This document shows positions 1 to 12,195 of a DNA stretch of 33,730 nucleotides, piece by piece; the first letter of the stretch is position 1; each line of letters opens with the position of its first letter. The stretch covers positions 1 to 33,730 of the forward strand of contig NEEC01000190.1 in NCBI GenBank assembly GCA_002189035.1, given 5' to 3'. This DNA is from Utricularia gibba (taxonomy: Eukaryota > Plantae > Magnoliophyta). Under the pieces are notes generated by a model that saw nothing but the letters and a program-made list of their open reading frames with translations, had not been told where the DNA came from and searched no databases. Made by a program: the position numbers and the translations under genes.

Positions 1-276
1 GGTGCAGCACCAATAAGAAACTAAAGGAATATTCATCAGCACTATTAGGATTCAGTCAAGTAATTTAAGAACCCCAATACAAGATTTTTAATAAAATCAA
101 GTTCATTATTAAATCTTGTGAAATTAAAACGCTGATGCAACTATAAATATAATAAGAACCTTTTCCAATTCTTGAGTCTTGATGACATCCAATTCAGTGG
201 GACCACCAGTTGAGATTGGCTCTGATAGTCCAACACGAGTTGCAGTGGACAAATTACTCTGCCCCGGGCTCCCCAT
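1..276 (-). CDS. PAPS1: Nuclear poly(A) polymerase 1, 5' part (gene continues off the left edge)
   Basis: Exon 276-160 reads MGSPGQSNLSTATRVGLSEPISTGGPTELDVIKTQELEK followed by a GT donor. This matches the plant PAPS1 N-terminal motif G(V/L)SEPISxGGPTExDVIKTxELEK. The next exon starts at 20 after an AG acceptor (FLIGAA...). Too short for the ORF track. Confidence 0.85.
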
Positions 277-1790
277 CAACAATATGAGCGCAACAAAATT
301 TGCACTCTCCTCACACCAGCCGATGAAGATAAACAGGGGCAGAACTACCAGTAAACAAAATTTCTTTTTTCTTATTTTCAGTTCATGTTGTCAATGAACT
401 CAAAAAATTCCCGAATTACAGAATCTCAATAGCTATCAGTACACTACACTATCAACTCAAAATAAAGAAAGAGATTATTCCTTGATTTTCATTAGATTAC
501 ACATGATCAACAACCGAGTACAAAAAAATCGGTGAATCCAACCGAAGATTACGGAAGAAAAAACTCTTCCCGTATGAATCTTTTCTCCTGGTTACACACT
601 CTTTGCGATATGATTCTAATCAACTTGTACAGAATCGATAACCCGTCTCAGAAACAACATATTGTTCCCAAATCCGCTGACTTTCTTGTGTAAGTGTTTG
701 GATCTTCTGATAAAATGCAATCCCTAAACATTCAGTTGCCGAAATTATCAATAAAATCAAGTAATTCATGCAAAAAATGTAGAAGATGTGATGGCAGAGG
801 AATGCGAATGACGGGCTTACGGCGGAAGGTCCAGAGAAAGACGCGGCCGCGAGCAGGCGGAGAAGTTGGAAGCGTCTTGTGATTCGAAGGACCGGCGCGT
901 AGTGGTAAATGGATAGCGATTGTTTTTATGGGCTGTCTGCCATTGGGTTCTTTTCGGAAAATTTAAAACTACAGGGACTGTTTTGCCATGGCTTAAAAAT
1001 ACAGGGACTTCAAATTACAATTCATCATACGTGGCATGAACTCCTAATTTAAATCGTGAATATTTATTATGATTTATTACCCTCATTTCGAATTTATCCA
1101 TATTTATTAATATTCATATTTTATATAAATAAGTTCTTAATTTAATCCTTATAATCAATGACTATTGTTTTTCAAGTGAAAATTTATATAACCCTAGCTC
1201 AAATAAGTATAATAAAATTTTGATAAAAAAGAATGTAAATTGATATTTATTTTAACACACCATTTCTGGGCACTAGTCATGGTCCCACATATATGACACG
1301 TATTTTTGGACGGATTGGGAAAGAGGCGAGGAGGATAAATATGGAAAAAGCCAGGTAGTCAACAGGGCAAAATGGGAACAAAACAAGGCGTTGATATGAG
1401 AATTGACGGCTCGGGGAATTTCAACGCAGGCCACGAATATTATAATATAATAAATAAAATAAATTTATTCCCACCTCATCACTTGTCACTCTCCACATCC
1501 CACTACCCCTCTGCTCTGTCGGCCCAAAACCAAAATTACAATCACAATATTTTATTCATAAAATAATATTTAAAAAATATGTACCACTAAAGAACAATCA
1601 AACGTCTTTGTTCTCTCTTACAAGTAACCTCCATGTCACAAACCCTAACAATGACCAATCGATGAATCGAACTTGGGCTTTTATGGGCCCATTAATCACG
1701 TGTATTAATGTAATCCTTTTTCATACATCATGCTTATCCACTAGGGGTTCTAACGTATCATGGGTGTGTGTTATAAAAATGGTTTTATAA

Positions 1791-1937
1791 TAGGGTATTA
1801 GAATGTTTAATCATAGTATAATTGAGTATTCATACATTAAATGTATATAATGTTTGATATTCGAGAATATAAATTTGAGTATGTAAGTATTATAGATATA
1901 ATTAGTATCTACTATACCCAAACTATCAAATACCCTA
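1791..1937. mobile_element. Possible degenerate MITE (about 147 bp, AT-rich, imperfect terminal inverted repeats)
   Basis: Left end TAGGGTATTAGAATGTTT; right end reverse complement TAGGGTATTTGATAGTTT. No clean target-site duplication (TAA vs CTA). Confidence 0.3.
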
Positions 1938-2244
1938 CTAATGTTAATGGTAATGAGGTCATTAAGAAGAAATGCACGTGTGCATGGGATGTAATGTCAT
2001 GGAGGTTGGCTGAAGAAAGTCAATGTGATGTTCAGGTCAGCCATGGAGCAGCTTTCCTCGGGAAGTGGGAAGGGCAGAGGGGGCAGATCAGATTGGTAGA
2101 AGCAGGAACAAGTATGAAGGAAAAACTGTGGACACGCGTCGTCAGCGACACGTCGCTTTTACCTCCCGTGTCCCAAAAATTCTCTCAATAAAAACTCTCA
2201 CACCCCCAAGTTCGTATTCCTGCATCAGCAGATACCAGGTCGCC

Positions 2245-3436
2245 ATGGAGGAGGCACAAGGAAGCTGCTTCCACTGCTTTGCACGATGCCTGCGGATGGG
2301 ATCATCGCCGATCCTCCACTGCCGCTGCGAGTGCGTTAACTTATGGATAGGATGAAGTTTCAGGAGGGTGAAAATAGCTCACTTGTTTGCCATACATTTT
2401 CTTTTTGGTTGTAGGAGGAAGTGGGGATTAGTGGCTGCAAGATGGAGCCCCACGCCGGAGCAGCTGCAGTTCCTGGAAGACCTGTACAGACACGGATCAC
2501 GACTCCGTCCGCGGATCAAATCCGCCACATCGTTGGGAAGCTCCGTCGATTCGGGAGAATCGAAGGGAAGAACGTCTTCTACTGGTTTCAGAACCATAAG
2601 GCCAGGGAAAAGCAGCGGAAGCGCCGCCGTCTGGAGTTTCTGCTTCACCACCAGGGTATGTATTGTTCACTTGCACTACTTATTCCTCCCTTTCCTCTGT
2701 AAAGGACCAGCATCTTTGTGCTATTTCCAGGATCACATCAATTTCCCACAGCATCGTTTGCTCAATCACTGGGGACACTGCCTTTCAAGGTAAACTGTAG
2801 GGAACACTGAGCACTGTGTGCGATTGGTGGGTAAAGGGTAATGGGTTTTAGTGATTATCCATGTAATGCAGGGGATCAGTAGAGTAGTGTACAGTGAATG
2901 ATGATGTGAGTTAACAACAACGCACAGAACACGACATCTGACTTGAAAACTGGGGATTAGGACATAAGACAGAGGCAAAATTATAGGCTAATCATCTGTA
3001 GGCCAAAAGATGATGACTTTAATGCAAGGAATGGAAAGCTGGAAACAACACTTTTTTTTGGTTTTGCAAGAGGACCTGGGAAAGCTGCAGCACTTCATGG
3101 TTTCTGTAGTTTATTAAGAATTTATTGGGAAAGTGCACAAATATTTACTCACCTTTGTCTTCTTCTGCTTTGACTATTGATATGAAAATCCAGTATCCAG
3201 TTCCAGCGTCAATGGATGATTTGATTAAGACAGCGGAAAGCAGTGCACCTAGTTGGCCGTTGGATTTGGAGTCGTCTTCCTTTATGTTCACCAAAAGCTT
3301 CTCTGCACAAAAAGTCTTTGGCTGTGAAAATGGAAACTCGTTTGAATTTGAAAGCTGTTCAGACAATTCAGGGGAAGTCAAGGACACTCAGACACTAGAC
3401 CTTTTTCCAACCAAAAACTTGTGCTTATCCGGCTGA
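2245..3436 (+). CDS. WOX: WUSCHEL-related homeobox protein, WUS clade (WOX1/WOX6-like), multi-exon, apparent frameshift in the homeodomain
   Basis: Exons about 2245-2330, 2415-2655, 2731-2789, and a last exon ending about 3436 or later. Homeodomain [62 protein letters not shown] is split by a missing base near 2493. WUS box TQTLDLFP near 3390-3410. The last-exon acceptor is uncertain. Confidence 0.9.
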
Positions 3437-3880
3437 TGGCAAAGAGGAGGGGAAAGCCTTCTGAGAACAGCGAGGCTACAGCCGAGTCAATTCTTTGTTC
3501 TTTCCACTAGAGAGATCTAGTCCAGGAAGCCAAAACTATGTATTTCCTAGTAATTTCAACAATGTAACAGCTTTCATTGAAGAGTCCCCAGTGCAGTTTA
3601 CTATCTAAAAAAGAGAACAACCGTTGCACAGATATCAAAGTTTTTGAGAAATTGCAGAAGCATCGAATTTGAAGCTAACAGTAAGATCCTGTGGATTATA
3701 GAATAGATCATTGAGAAAATGATGTGATCATAGATAACAAACTGAGACTGTTTCGATACATGACGAAGTCACAACAGAGTGTGTGTCTATGAAGCGTGAA
3801 GCAAATTACTTTTTGAAGATAAACAAGTTAATGGAGGATGCAAAGACTTCTGCCTGGTTGCAGTCAACTCCCTTGAGAAC

Positions 3881-5372
3881 TCACGAAGCATACAGAGGTT
3901 CAGGGTTCACAGATCTTCGAATCCTGGAAGCCGAAGGAATGATTCCAATCAACACCAAAAGACATAGAAGAAAAAAGGCACTCTTTTCCAATGACTTACC
4001 AATTGTCCTCAAGCCATTTGCAGCCATCAGTATCAACCACATGCAAGCTGTATGCATGCCGAGAGCTTGAAGATTTGTTCTCAAAGCTGTATAAGGAATA
4101 TACAGGATTTTCTATGAAAAAATGATTACACGGGGGTGAAAATTTGTTGGACACATACCTCTGATGGATGAGGTCCCCATGAATGACAACCAAGGATCCA
4201 GCTCTCACTTCAATTGGGATAAAATCTTTCTTTTCATACGATGGAGATGGCTTATCAAAGTGAACTCCTGTTTCATCTCTGATGAATCTCCTCACGAGTC
4301 CATCTGAAACAACATTTGGAACAATGCTAAGGTTGCACGAAGATGAGAATGTATATGCAAAAATGAGCAGCACGGTACTTCGGTGGGATCCTGGAATAGC
4401 CCAGAGGCAACCGTTTGATATCGTGGCATCTTCCAGAGCAAGCCAGAGTCCAGTGCAAGTGGGAGGGTCCGTGTACAGAAATGAATTGTCCTGGTGAGGA
4501 ACAACTTCACCACCAATTCCAGGTTGCTGAAATAAAGGTATCTTAGAAACACTTTCCTCACCAGAAAATTCAAGAGGATCAGGTTCGTCATACCTTGAAT
4601 ATGTACATAGACTGAATCACTACAGGCCTCCTGTAACCCAGCGAGTACAGTATACTTGTAAATTTCTCGGAGCTTGAAAAGCTTTTGAAAACTGGTCATT
4701 TTCATGCAATGCTGCAATAAACAAGTAGATAAGATAAATTTAACATGGACTCATTTTGTACACACAATGACTATACAGCGATAAGCAATATTCAAAAGAT
4801 TGTAGAAGCAAACCATGTCCAACTTTGTTAATGGATAGTTGTTTTGGTTGCTTCAACTTCCCATCATCATCAAATGCATTTTCTGCCAACATCAGGCAGC
4901 ACTGCGCGTAAGGACTCCATAAAGAAACGTGAAGTTTCAATTCATTGAAACTGGTCGCAAGGACGCCACATCCTCATAAACCATACTTTTTACCCCTAAA
5001 CAAAACGGAATCAATAGCATTTCATTTACAAAAATCTCACATACCTTCAAAAAAAGACGGAGATCTTCTCAGCACTTTCGAAAAAAATAATCGTCAGTCC
5101 TGCATACCTGAACCCAATAAAGGATAACACCTCAGATAAGTCGAGTATTAGCGACGGATTTACTTAAGAAAACTCCAGTTATTTCATTTTACCTGGTTTT
5201 TTGTGGAGAAGATAGAAGCTTTACTTGAACAATCAAACATACTGACTATTTCATCCATTTTCGACCTCAGCAAGTTCACTTCCTCCATACTGGCGAAAGA
5301 TTCCAACACCAAGTACCCCTCAGAATCGAAAAACTTGAGCTGGGTTGGGTCGAGGCTTCCCAGAGTCGCCAT
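3881..5372 (-). CDS. PAHX: Phytanoyl-CoA dioxygenase (PhyH family, 2OG-Fe(II))
   Basis: Exon peptides [141 protein letters not shown]. Confidence 0.93.
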
Positions 5373-5375
5373 CAT

Positions 5376-5730
5376 CCAATTTCCCTTCTTTTGGATGCAA
5401 ATCAATTGGGTTTGGAACTCTATAGAGGAGAAGACAAATTGGCCTCGGGATACCAGTCATCCACGTTCCAACATTTGATGTTAGCATGCGAATAATTCCA
5501 AGATAAAACTTCGCAAGCTCTCAACTTGGCAAATAATATAGAAGATTATATATGGCTGAGATTAGTGGATTGGAGACCCATTGGGCCTGGACGGAAAATA
5601 GCTCAAGGGCATACTAGGGCTGGGCCACCGGCACAAAACGGCGATGTACGGGATAGTTGGTTGCATCTGCACCGCCGATCGCACCTGAAGAAGAGGAAAG
5701 TGATTCGCGAATTCAAGTTGGTTGCAGACG
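5376..5730. promoter_or_regulatory. Short bidirectional promoter region (PAHX / NHL gene) with two site II elements
   Basis: Divergent ATGs about 355 bp apart; TGGGCC at 5582-5587 and 5621-5626 (site II consensus TGGGCY). Confidence 0.4.
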
Positions 5731-6771
5731 ATGGTGAACAAATTCGTCGTCGTTCTCGTCTTCCTGATCACTCAGATTCATTGCCGAAACCACCACGTCA
5801 TTGATTTCAGGTGGACGGATCTCTCTCCGGGGCGCTTCACGTGGGACCCCAAATCCGAGCACTTCATCGTCGCCTCCATCCGCCGCTCCCAACTGATCTC
5901 CGTATCTGACGCCGGGGTTGTCTCGTCCCTCCTGCTACCCTCCGATTCGGGTTCGCTGCCGTCCGATTCCTCCTTCCGGAGTGTCTCTCTCGATCCTCGA
6001 CACCATCGCCTTCTAGCCGTCATCCGCCGCGACTCCCCTCCGTACTCGGCTATCACCGCCTATGACTTGCCTTCTTTCACCCTCCGCTTCATCGCACCGC
6101 TGGACGATCTCCTCCCGTCAACCGTCGCGGCGAATGACGTCTCGGTGGATTACTCCGGGAATGCGTACGTCACAGATTCCGCCAACGACGTCATCTACAA
6201 AGTCACCGAGCAAGGCGAGGCGACAATCTTGTCCAGATCAGTGGCGTTCAAATCCCTAAAATCGGGCCTAAACGGCGTCGTTTACAATCCCAAGGGGTAT
6301 CTTCTTGTTGCCAAATCAGACTCCGGTAAGCTATTCAAGGTCAACACCGACGATGGTCGCGAAGGCGGTGACCCTGAACAAGGAGTTACCAATTGTTGAA
6401 AATGGGGGTATCTCCTTGAGGAAGAACGGCATCGTATCGGTGTTGTCCCGGAGAATAAGGTGTACTTCATCAAGAGCGACGACAGCTGGAGTGCAGGTGC
6501 TGTGATCGACGAAACCAAACTCGACGGAGAAAGACAAGGCACGGCGGTGGCAGCCGGAGCGGAGAACAGGGTGTACGTTTTGTATGGGCATGTGGGCGAT
6601 GGGGTTTCTGAAAGAGATGAATTCAGCATAGCAGAGGCGGTCGCAGAATCAGAGAGGAAAGAAGAGAACGTGTGGATTTACGTGGCGATTGGTTTGGGAT
6701 TGGCGTATTTCGCCTTCTGGAGATTTCAAATGAAGCAGCTTGCACAAAATATGAACAAGAAAACCTCTTGA
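5731..6771 (+). CDS. NHL / SMP-30-gluconolactonase-like (calcium-dependent phosphotriesterase superfamily) beta-propeller protein with signal peptide and C-terminal TM helix; intronless; two apparent frameshifts
   Basis: MVNKFVVVLVFLITQIHC signal peptide; ANDVSVDYSGNAYVTDS and GLNGVVYNPKGYLLVAKSDSGKLFKV motifs. The frame shifts near 6358 and 6447, then ends VWIYVAIGLGLAYFAFWRFQMKQLAQNMNKKTS*. Confidence 0.85.
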
Positions 6772-7282
6772 TCTTGCTTCGTTTTCTTCTCACCATAGCA
6801 TCCTCTTGTTTCCTGCGATTGCATATCGTCTTCGCTGTTGTACCTGAACTGAAACTGATGAAATTTACTGTGCTCGGTAATGTACAGTAACTTTTTATTA
6901 AACAGTTTTTTAACAGTAACTGTTAAAAATTATATCTTAACTGTATAAATCATAAAATTTTTATGATTTATTATAAATTTGGTTATCACAAGATTTTATT
7001 TATAGCCGTTTCGTATATACTTTTGGGCCGAAGTTCCATTTAATATACAACTAATATACATATACATGTTGAATTTTTGTAAACAGTTCAAATAAATTGT
7101 ATATTTAAAATCATAATTATTGAATAAGAGGTAATTAATGAACTATTAATAATTATAGCTAAGAATTATGAATATATTTGGAGATTTAAATTAGTATGAA
7201 TGTATAATGTATTCATTTATTATTTTGAATAATTGCATAAGTTATATAATATTTAAATTATGTATATCTATATGATGGTAAA

Positions 7283-7374
7283 ATATATATATATAAAATA
7301 TATATATATATATATATATTTTAAACATAAACCTCATCTAAAATCTAATTAAATATTATATATATATATATATA
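7283..7374. repeat. (AT)n microsatellites
   Basis: AT runs at about 7283-7294, 7298-7319 and 7357-7374. Confidence 0.9.
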
Positions 7375-7602
7375 ATTTAAAACATGAACCGCCTACTAAA
7401 AGCGCCTCCACTCCCAAGCCCTAATTCTGTCAGGCAAATCGTGGAAGATGAATCGGACGATCAGATTTCTTCGTTGGGATGATAAAACCTAGCCATACGT
7501 GAAAGGGTTGTCATCCTTTGAGATCCCAATCAATCGTTGAAAAGTACATATTGGCGTTTACTGGATTTTTACTAACCAATTGCTTGGATTGCACTTGAGG
7601 CT

Positions 7603-8452
7603 ATGACTGCAGCCTACACGGAGTCTTACGAGCAGGCTAAGATTATGGTTTCCTCGGCCGTTTCTTCTTCCCCTTGTTTAGCAGTGAGCCTCACCCAGGA
7701 TGATTTGAAGAAGATTGCTGCTTACAAGGCTGTGGAGTATGTTGAATCTGGTATGGTTGTGGGGCTAGGCACAGGCTCCACTGCAAAGCATGCTGTAGAG
7801 AGAATTGGGCAGCTTCTGAAACAGGGGAAGCTGAAGGATATCGTGGGATACCTACTTCAACGATAACTCACCAGCAAGCTGTTTCCTTGGGCATTCCATT
7901 ATCTGATCTTGATTCACATCCCGTGGTTGATTTAGCTATTGATGGGGCAGATGAGGTTGACCCTTTTATGAATTTGGTTAAGGGGCGAGGGGGTTCTTTG
8001 TTGAGGGAGAAAATGGTGGAGTCAGCAAGCAGGAGATTCATTGTCATAGTCGATGAATCGAAGTTGGTCAATTATGTAGGGGGGAGCGGACTGCCATGCC
8101 CGTGGAGGTTATTCCCTTCTGTTGGAAGCATTCTTTGAACAGGCTTGTTGCTTTGTTTCGTGATGCAGGCTGTGTTGGGAAGTTGAGAAAATCTTCTGAA
8201 ACTGGGCAGCCATATGTGACTGACAATGGGAACTACATCATTGACTTGTACTTTCAAAGAGTGATTGGTGACCTTAATGAAGCAAGTGATGCAATTTTGA
8301 GGCTTCCTGGAATTGTTGAGCATGGGATGTTCATCGGCTTGGCGACCTCTTTGATCGTTGCTGGTGTTGATGGTATCACTGTGAAGACTAAAATTGGGAA
8401 TGAATTGCAGGAAGATGCCTTTTGTTACAATGACTTGAGGAATAGATTCTGA
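7603..8452 (+). CDS. RPI: Ribose-5-phosphate isomerase A, cytosolic type; intronless; two apparent frameshifts
   Basis: QDDLKKIAAYKAVEYVESGMVVGLGTGSTA, LAIDGADEVDP..NLVKGRGGSLLREKMVE, PVEVIPFCW, YVTDNGNYIIDLYF, PGIVEHGMFIG. Frames shift near 7850 and 8090. Confidence 0.95.
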
Positions 8453-9070
8453 TATCTACGCTTAGCATCAATGTCACCATCCATTGAGGATGAAAATTTT
8501 GGATTGGATCAACCAATTATCTAGTGTCTGTATCAGGATGAACGTGGAGCCTTCTATTACTACTAAGTTCTTTGAATTTTGCTTTGCGTGAGGGCATTGA
8601 TTTCTCATTGACTGATATGATAACACAGTGATGAAACATACATTTTGTTTGCTAGTGGTTGATGAAGAAAGTCATTATCTTAACATGGTCCATGTTTATC
8701 ATCATATCCAGTGAAATCTTTTAGGTGGTGTTGAAGATTGGATAATGATTGCTGGTGTATAATTTATATAGATACTACTCAACATGCTATTACACTATAG
8801 CTGCATATCCTTAAACTTGAATCTTATAGAAAGTATATATATTCATGGATCTATAGACATCCTTTTTCGAACTTCACACCTTCTTTATGTTTACTTCCGA
8901 TGTATCCGATCTGATACACCTCTACATGAACTACCTACATCACCTTCAAGCTCCATACGTTTTCTTTAGGTTCTTCTGTCTTGTTTGGTTTTGTGTATAG
9001 CTGCCTGCTTCTTTAACAGCAGCAGCATTCAGCTAGTAGATTAACTCCATTTGTTTGCACCTTTGGCCTG

Positions 9071-10340
9071 CTATTGTATTGCAATAATGTGCTGCTGTTG
9101 CGGATGATTCACCAAGTCATCTTCTTCAGCAGATGCAGGTTGGTAGAGACTAAGACTTGCCTGTAAGTCAACAAAAGCACATTGTCATCTTGTTGCAAGG
9201 CGATTCAGGCTGCGTTCACATCTATCACCGAATGTAGGGACTGTAGCTAGGCTTTACCTGTTGATCCCGTTGCGCTAGAAAGGAGATCATTGTTTTCAGT
9301 ATTATGCATACAGACAAAAGAATCCCAGTAATTCCCAGCATCAAGATCTGTATTTGACAAACGATTAAAGTCAATACTGCAGCGCTTTTCTCACAATTTC
9401 TACTCTTGAAGAAGCTAACTTCTTACCATGAACAATGGAAAAGTGTAGCTCTCGGCTGGATCCCCAACAAGAAGAGTGTGTCCCAGGATTAGCAGAGCCA
9501 TGAACTGAAGAAAACCAATCGTACAGTTAATTAGATGGATTAGATATTGCATTCATCAAAGCTATCAGTTCAGGACATAGAAACTTACTATTGTGGCCAC
9601 TGCACGGCATAATACTGTTCTGCGTGATGATGAAGAGATGGCGTAGTTGCTGTCATCCATATCAATAAAAGTTGGATCTGTTGAGACCATTGCGATGATT
9701 TCCTGATTGTCCACATTTCTTCTGACGATTCTCCAGTTTCTCCTGAAAGGAACCAACAGATGCTGGTGAAAAGAAAGAAAAAAGAACTACATGCTCCATG
9801 TCTATACAGACATGAAAAGGTGAACTACCTGAATTCCATCGGATACCGAAACAGAGGGGAGGTGCAACATATCCAGGCTTGAATTGCTGGAAAACACATA
9901 TGAATCAGGAAGAGTCGAATATTTCGATGAAACAGAAATCTCTGAAGCACACGCTTACCTGATGACATATTTCACAAGTTGTATTCCCCTTCTCGTTGCA
10001 CCACTTCTGTACACATCTCCTGTGAGCAAACTGGAAAGAAAAACCATGGAAATCAAGATGAGCAGCGAAGTTCATCTCAGAGTTAGAAAGCAGCAAAACG
10101 TACCTTTAAGCTCCCCGAGCAGGAACACGGAGCTTCCATGCGTGAAACCGCGTCTTCATCAAGACATATCCTGCACTCAGCTAGCTTACTAGGCGACGAA
10201 CAGTTTTCCGAGAATTCGGCATCGGAATCGGTGATCGTGGCAGAAGCTGCCTGTTTTAGCATGTTCCCACTTCGGATTGCAGCCTCTAGCGTCGACTCCG
10301 TGAGCAAACGATCAACTAGAAAAACGAAATGATCCCCCAT
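9071..10340 (-). CDS. RING-CH (RINGv/MARCH-like) E3 ubiquitin ligase with C-terminal TM segments
   Basis: [22 protein letters not shown]; [20 protein letters not shown]|[24 protein letters not shown]; later exons [60 protein letters not shown] (TAG at 9071-9073). Confidence 0.9.
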
Positions 10341-12195
10341 GGCAAGAGAATTTGGCAAGCTCCTGGCTCTGGTTGTCTGGTTCTGTTTATAGTTATCAAC
10401 CACCAAAGAGATCGAATCAACAAAGATGTGCTAGAAGCCGCCAATTTGTAAAGATAAGAATAAAGCTACAGAAACATTTGATTAAAAAAAACAATAAAAA
10501 CGGGAACACGGAAAAGTATTCAGCAGCCAATACCGAACATAACAGTCAATTCTGGGGCTTTCATCTCAATAAAAAGCATAAACCCAACAAGAAAACAAGA
10601 GAACCCACATCGAAATATGTAGTCTTTGAAGAAACACCGATCGAAAGAGGCAATCTTTAGCCAGAAACGATGAGATAGTTGGCATTCGAGAGAATATTCG
10701 AAAAGGGGTTGTTCAAAAGAGACTTACACACGAGGGATTCGGATATCTGAAAGCTAAGAAAAGTTTGTTTTCCTCGTAAAGCAAGAGATCGAGTGTCGCT
10801 TCTAGGAATTCAAGAATCAATTGATGTCCCAAAACGCAGAATGGTGTGCCGATGTATATATATACGTGTAAACTGTATTGCTAACTATGCAAAACGCGGT
10901 GGCAGAGAAGACACAATAGACGTTTCCCTTGAAAACCAGTAGAAAAGAAAACTTCAACACGTAGAAAGAAAGATAACGTCTTTTCTGCCACACCCACGAT
11001 TTCTATCAACCGCCACTCCGCTGCTCCAGGGCCACTACCCAAACCGATGACGATTTTCAGAGTTTTTTTTCTCATAATAATACTTAAAATATTTATTTAT
11101 TTTTAATTATTAATTCCTTGATTAAGAGCCCATTTACTCTTTCCTGATTATTGCACAGAACATTAATTTTCAATAATTAATTATTTGGAGAAATATTAAG
11201 AAAATAGTTTTTAAAAGGAAAGGTCAAAGCGTCAACGGGAGGTTTGACTCATGGGCAGCCCCAAAAAAGGATCCCTCCCCCACGGGGAATGGGTCAGCTC
11301 AGCCCCCGTCACATCCACACGCTTAAAATCAAATTTTCTTGCTATTTTAAAATAAAAAATTCAAATAAATATAAACTTTTTTTTTTGTTCGGGTCGGGCA
11401 TGATGGGATTCGGGTGGGGCTCGTCAGTCTTGTCTCAGTAATGGACAGCCTCAGCCTTGTTTGAGAAGGATTCTTGTCGTCTTTGTGTAATAATTATTAT
11501 CCAATGTCAATTTTAATAATTATTATAATTAATATCCCGTTTTGGATCATGTGGAAAACGTGGAGAAGATTTTCAAAGGGTAAAGTGGTCCATCTAATCC
11601 AATAGCTAACCTGGCCGGCTACCGGGTGACGTATTTATTTATTATTATTTTCCAATTCGGATAATTTAAAAGTTAGGTGAATTAACATAAAAAATGTTGT
11701 GTCATACATAATCCATCCCGTTGACGAACCGCCACGTGTACGTCCACCCAAAATGGTAGATTTGTTGGCGTAACTCCCAATCAGAAACTGGTTTGGTTGG
11801 TTTTGACTTTTTTTACCCATTTAATGATTTGGTTTTGTGGTTTGGTTTGGCTGGTAATCCTCCACTAAACCAATTTGTGTGGTTTGGGTTTGGTTCGACC
11901 CGACCCGATTCGTTTTGATCCATGGATGTGCAGCCTGTGCTCATTCATTCATCTTTATGGTGGCACGTTTGTGTGCAGAATCACATTGCACACGCACAAC
12001 TTGCAGGTCAATTGTGTCAGTTTTCAGAACAACTCAGGTGAGTTGTGTGTTCTCAAACCTTGTTGAGTGTTAATGGTGCATTGGTTGATTTCGTGAGAAT
12101 GACAGTAGCTTTTATTCATGTAGCAAGGATTGAATCAGAAGCCAGAGCTGAATATCTCTGTCTCTGTTTCAACTCCGAAGACCAGAGAAGAATGC

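Noticed and set aside
963-1009. 17-bp direct repeat TTAAAA(C/A)TACAGGGACT at 30-bp spacing, reminiscent of Mutator-like TIR subrepeats
   Set aside because: Only two units, with no partner inverted end or TSD found.
6907-6969. Two adjacent 10-11-bp hairpins downstream of the NHL gene
   Set aside because: AT-rich short palindromes are expected by chance, and intrinsic terminators do not apply to plant Pol II genes.
10881-12066. Short ORFs and GGTTT/CCCGA low-complexity tracts between the RING-CH gene and alpha-galactosidase
   Set aside because: No recognisable domains; consistent with UTR, promoter and low-complexity intergenic sequence.
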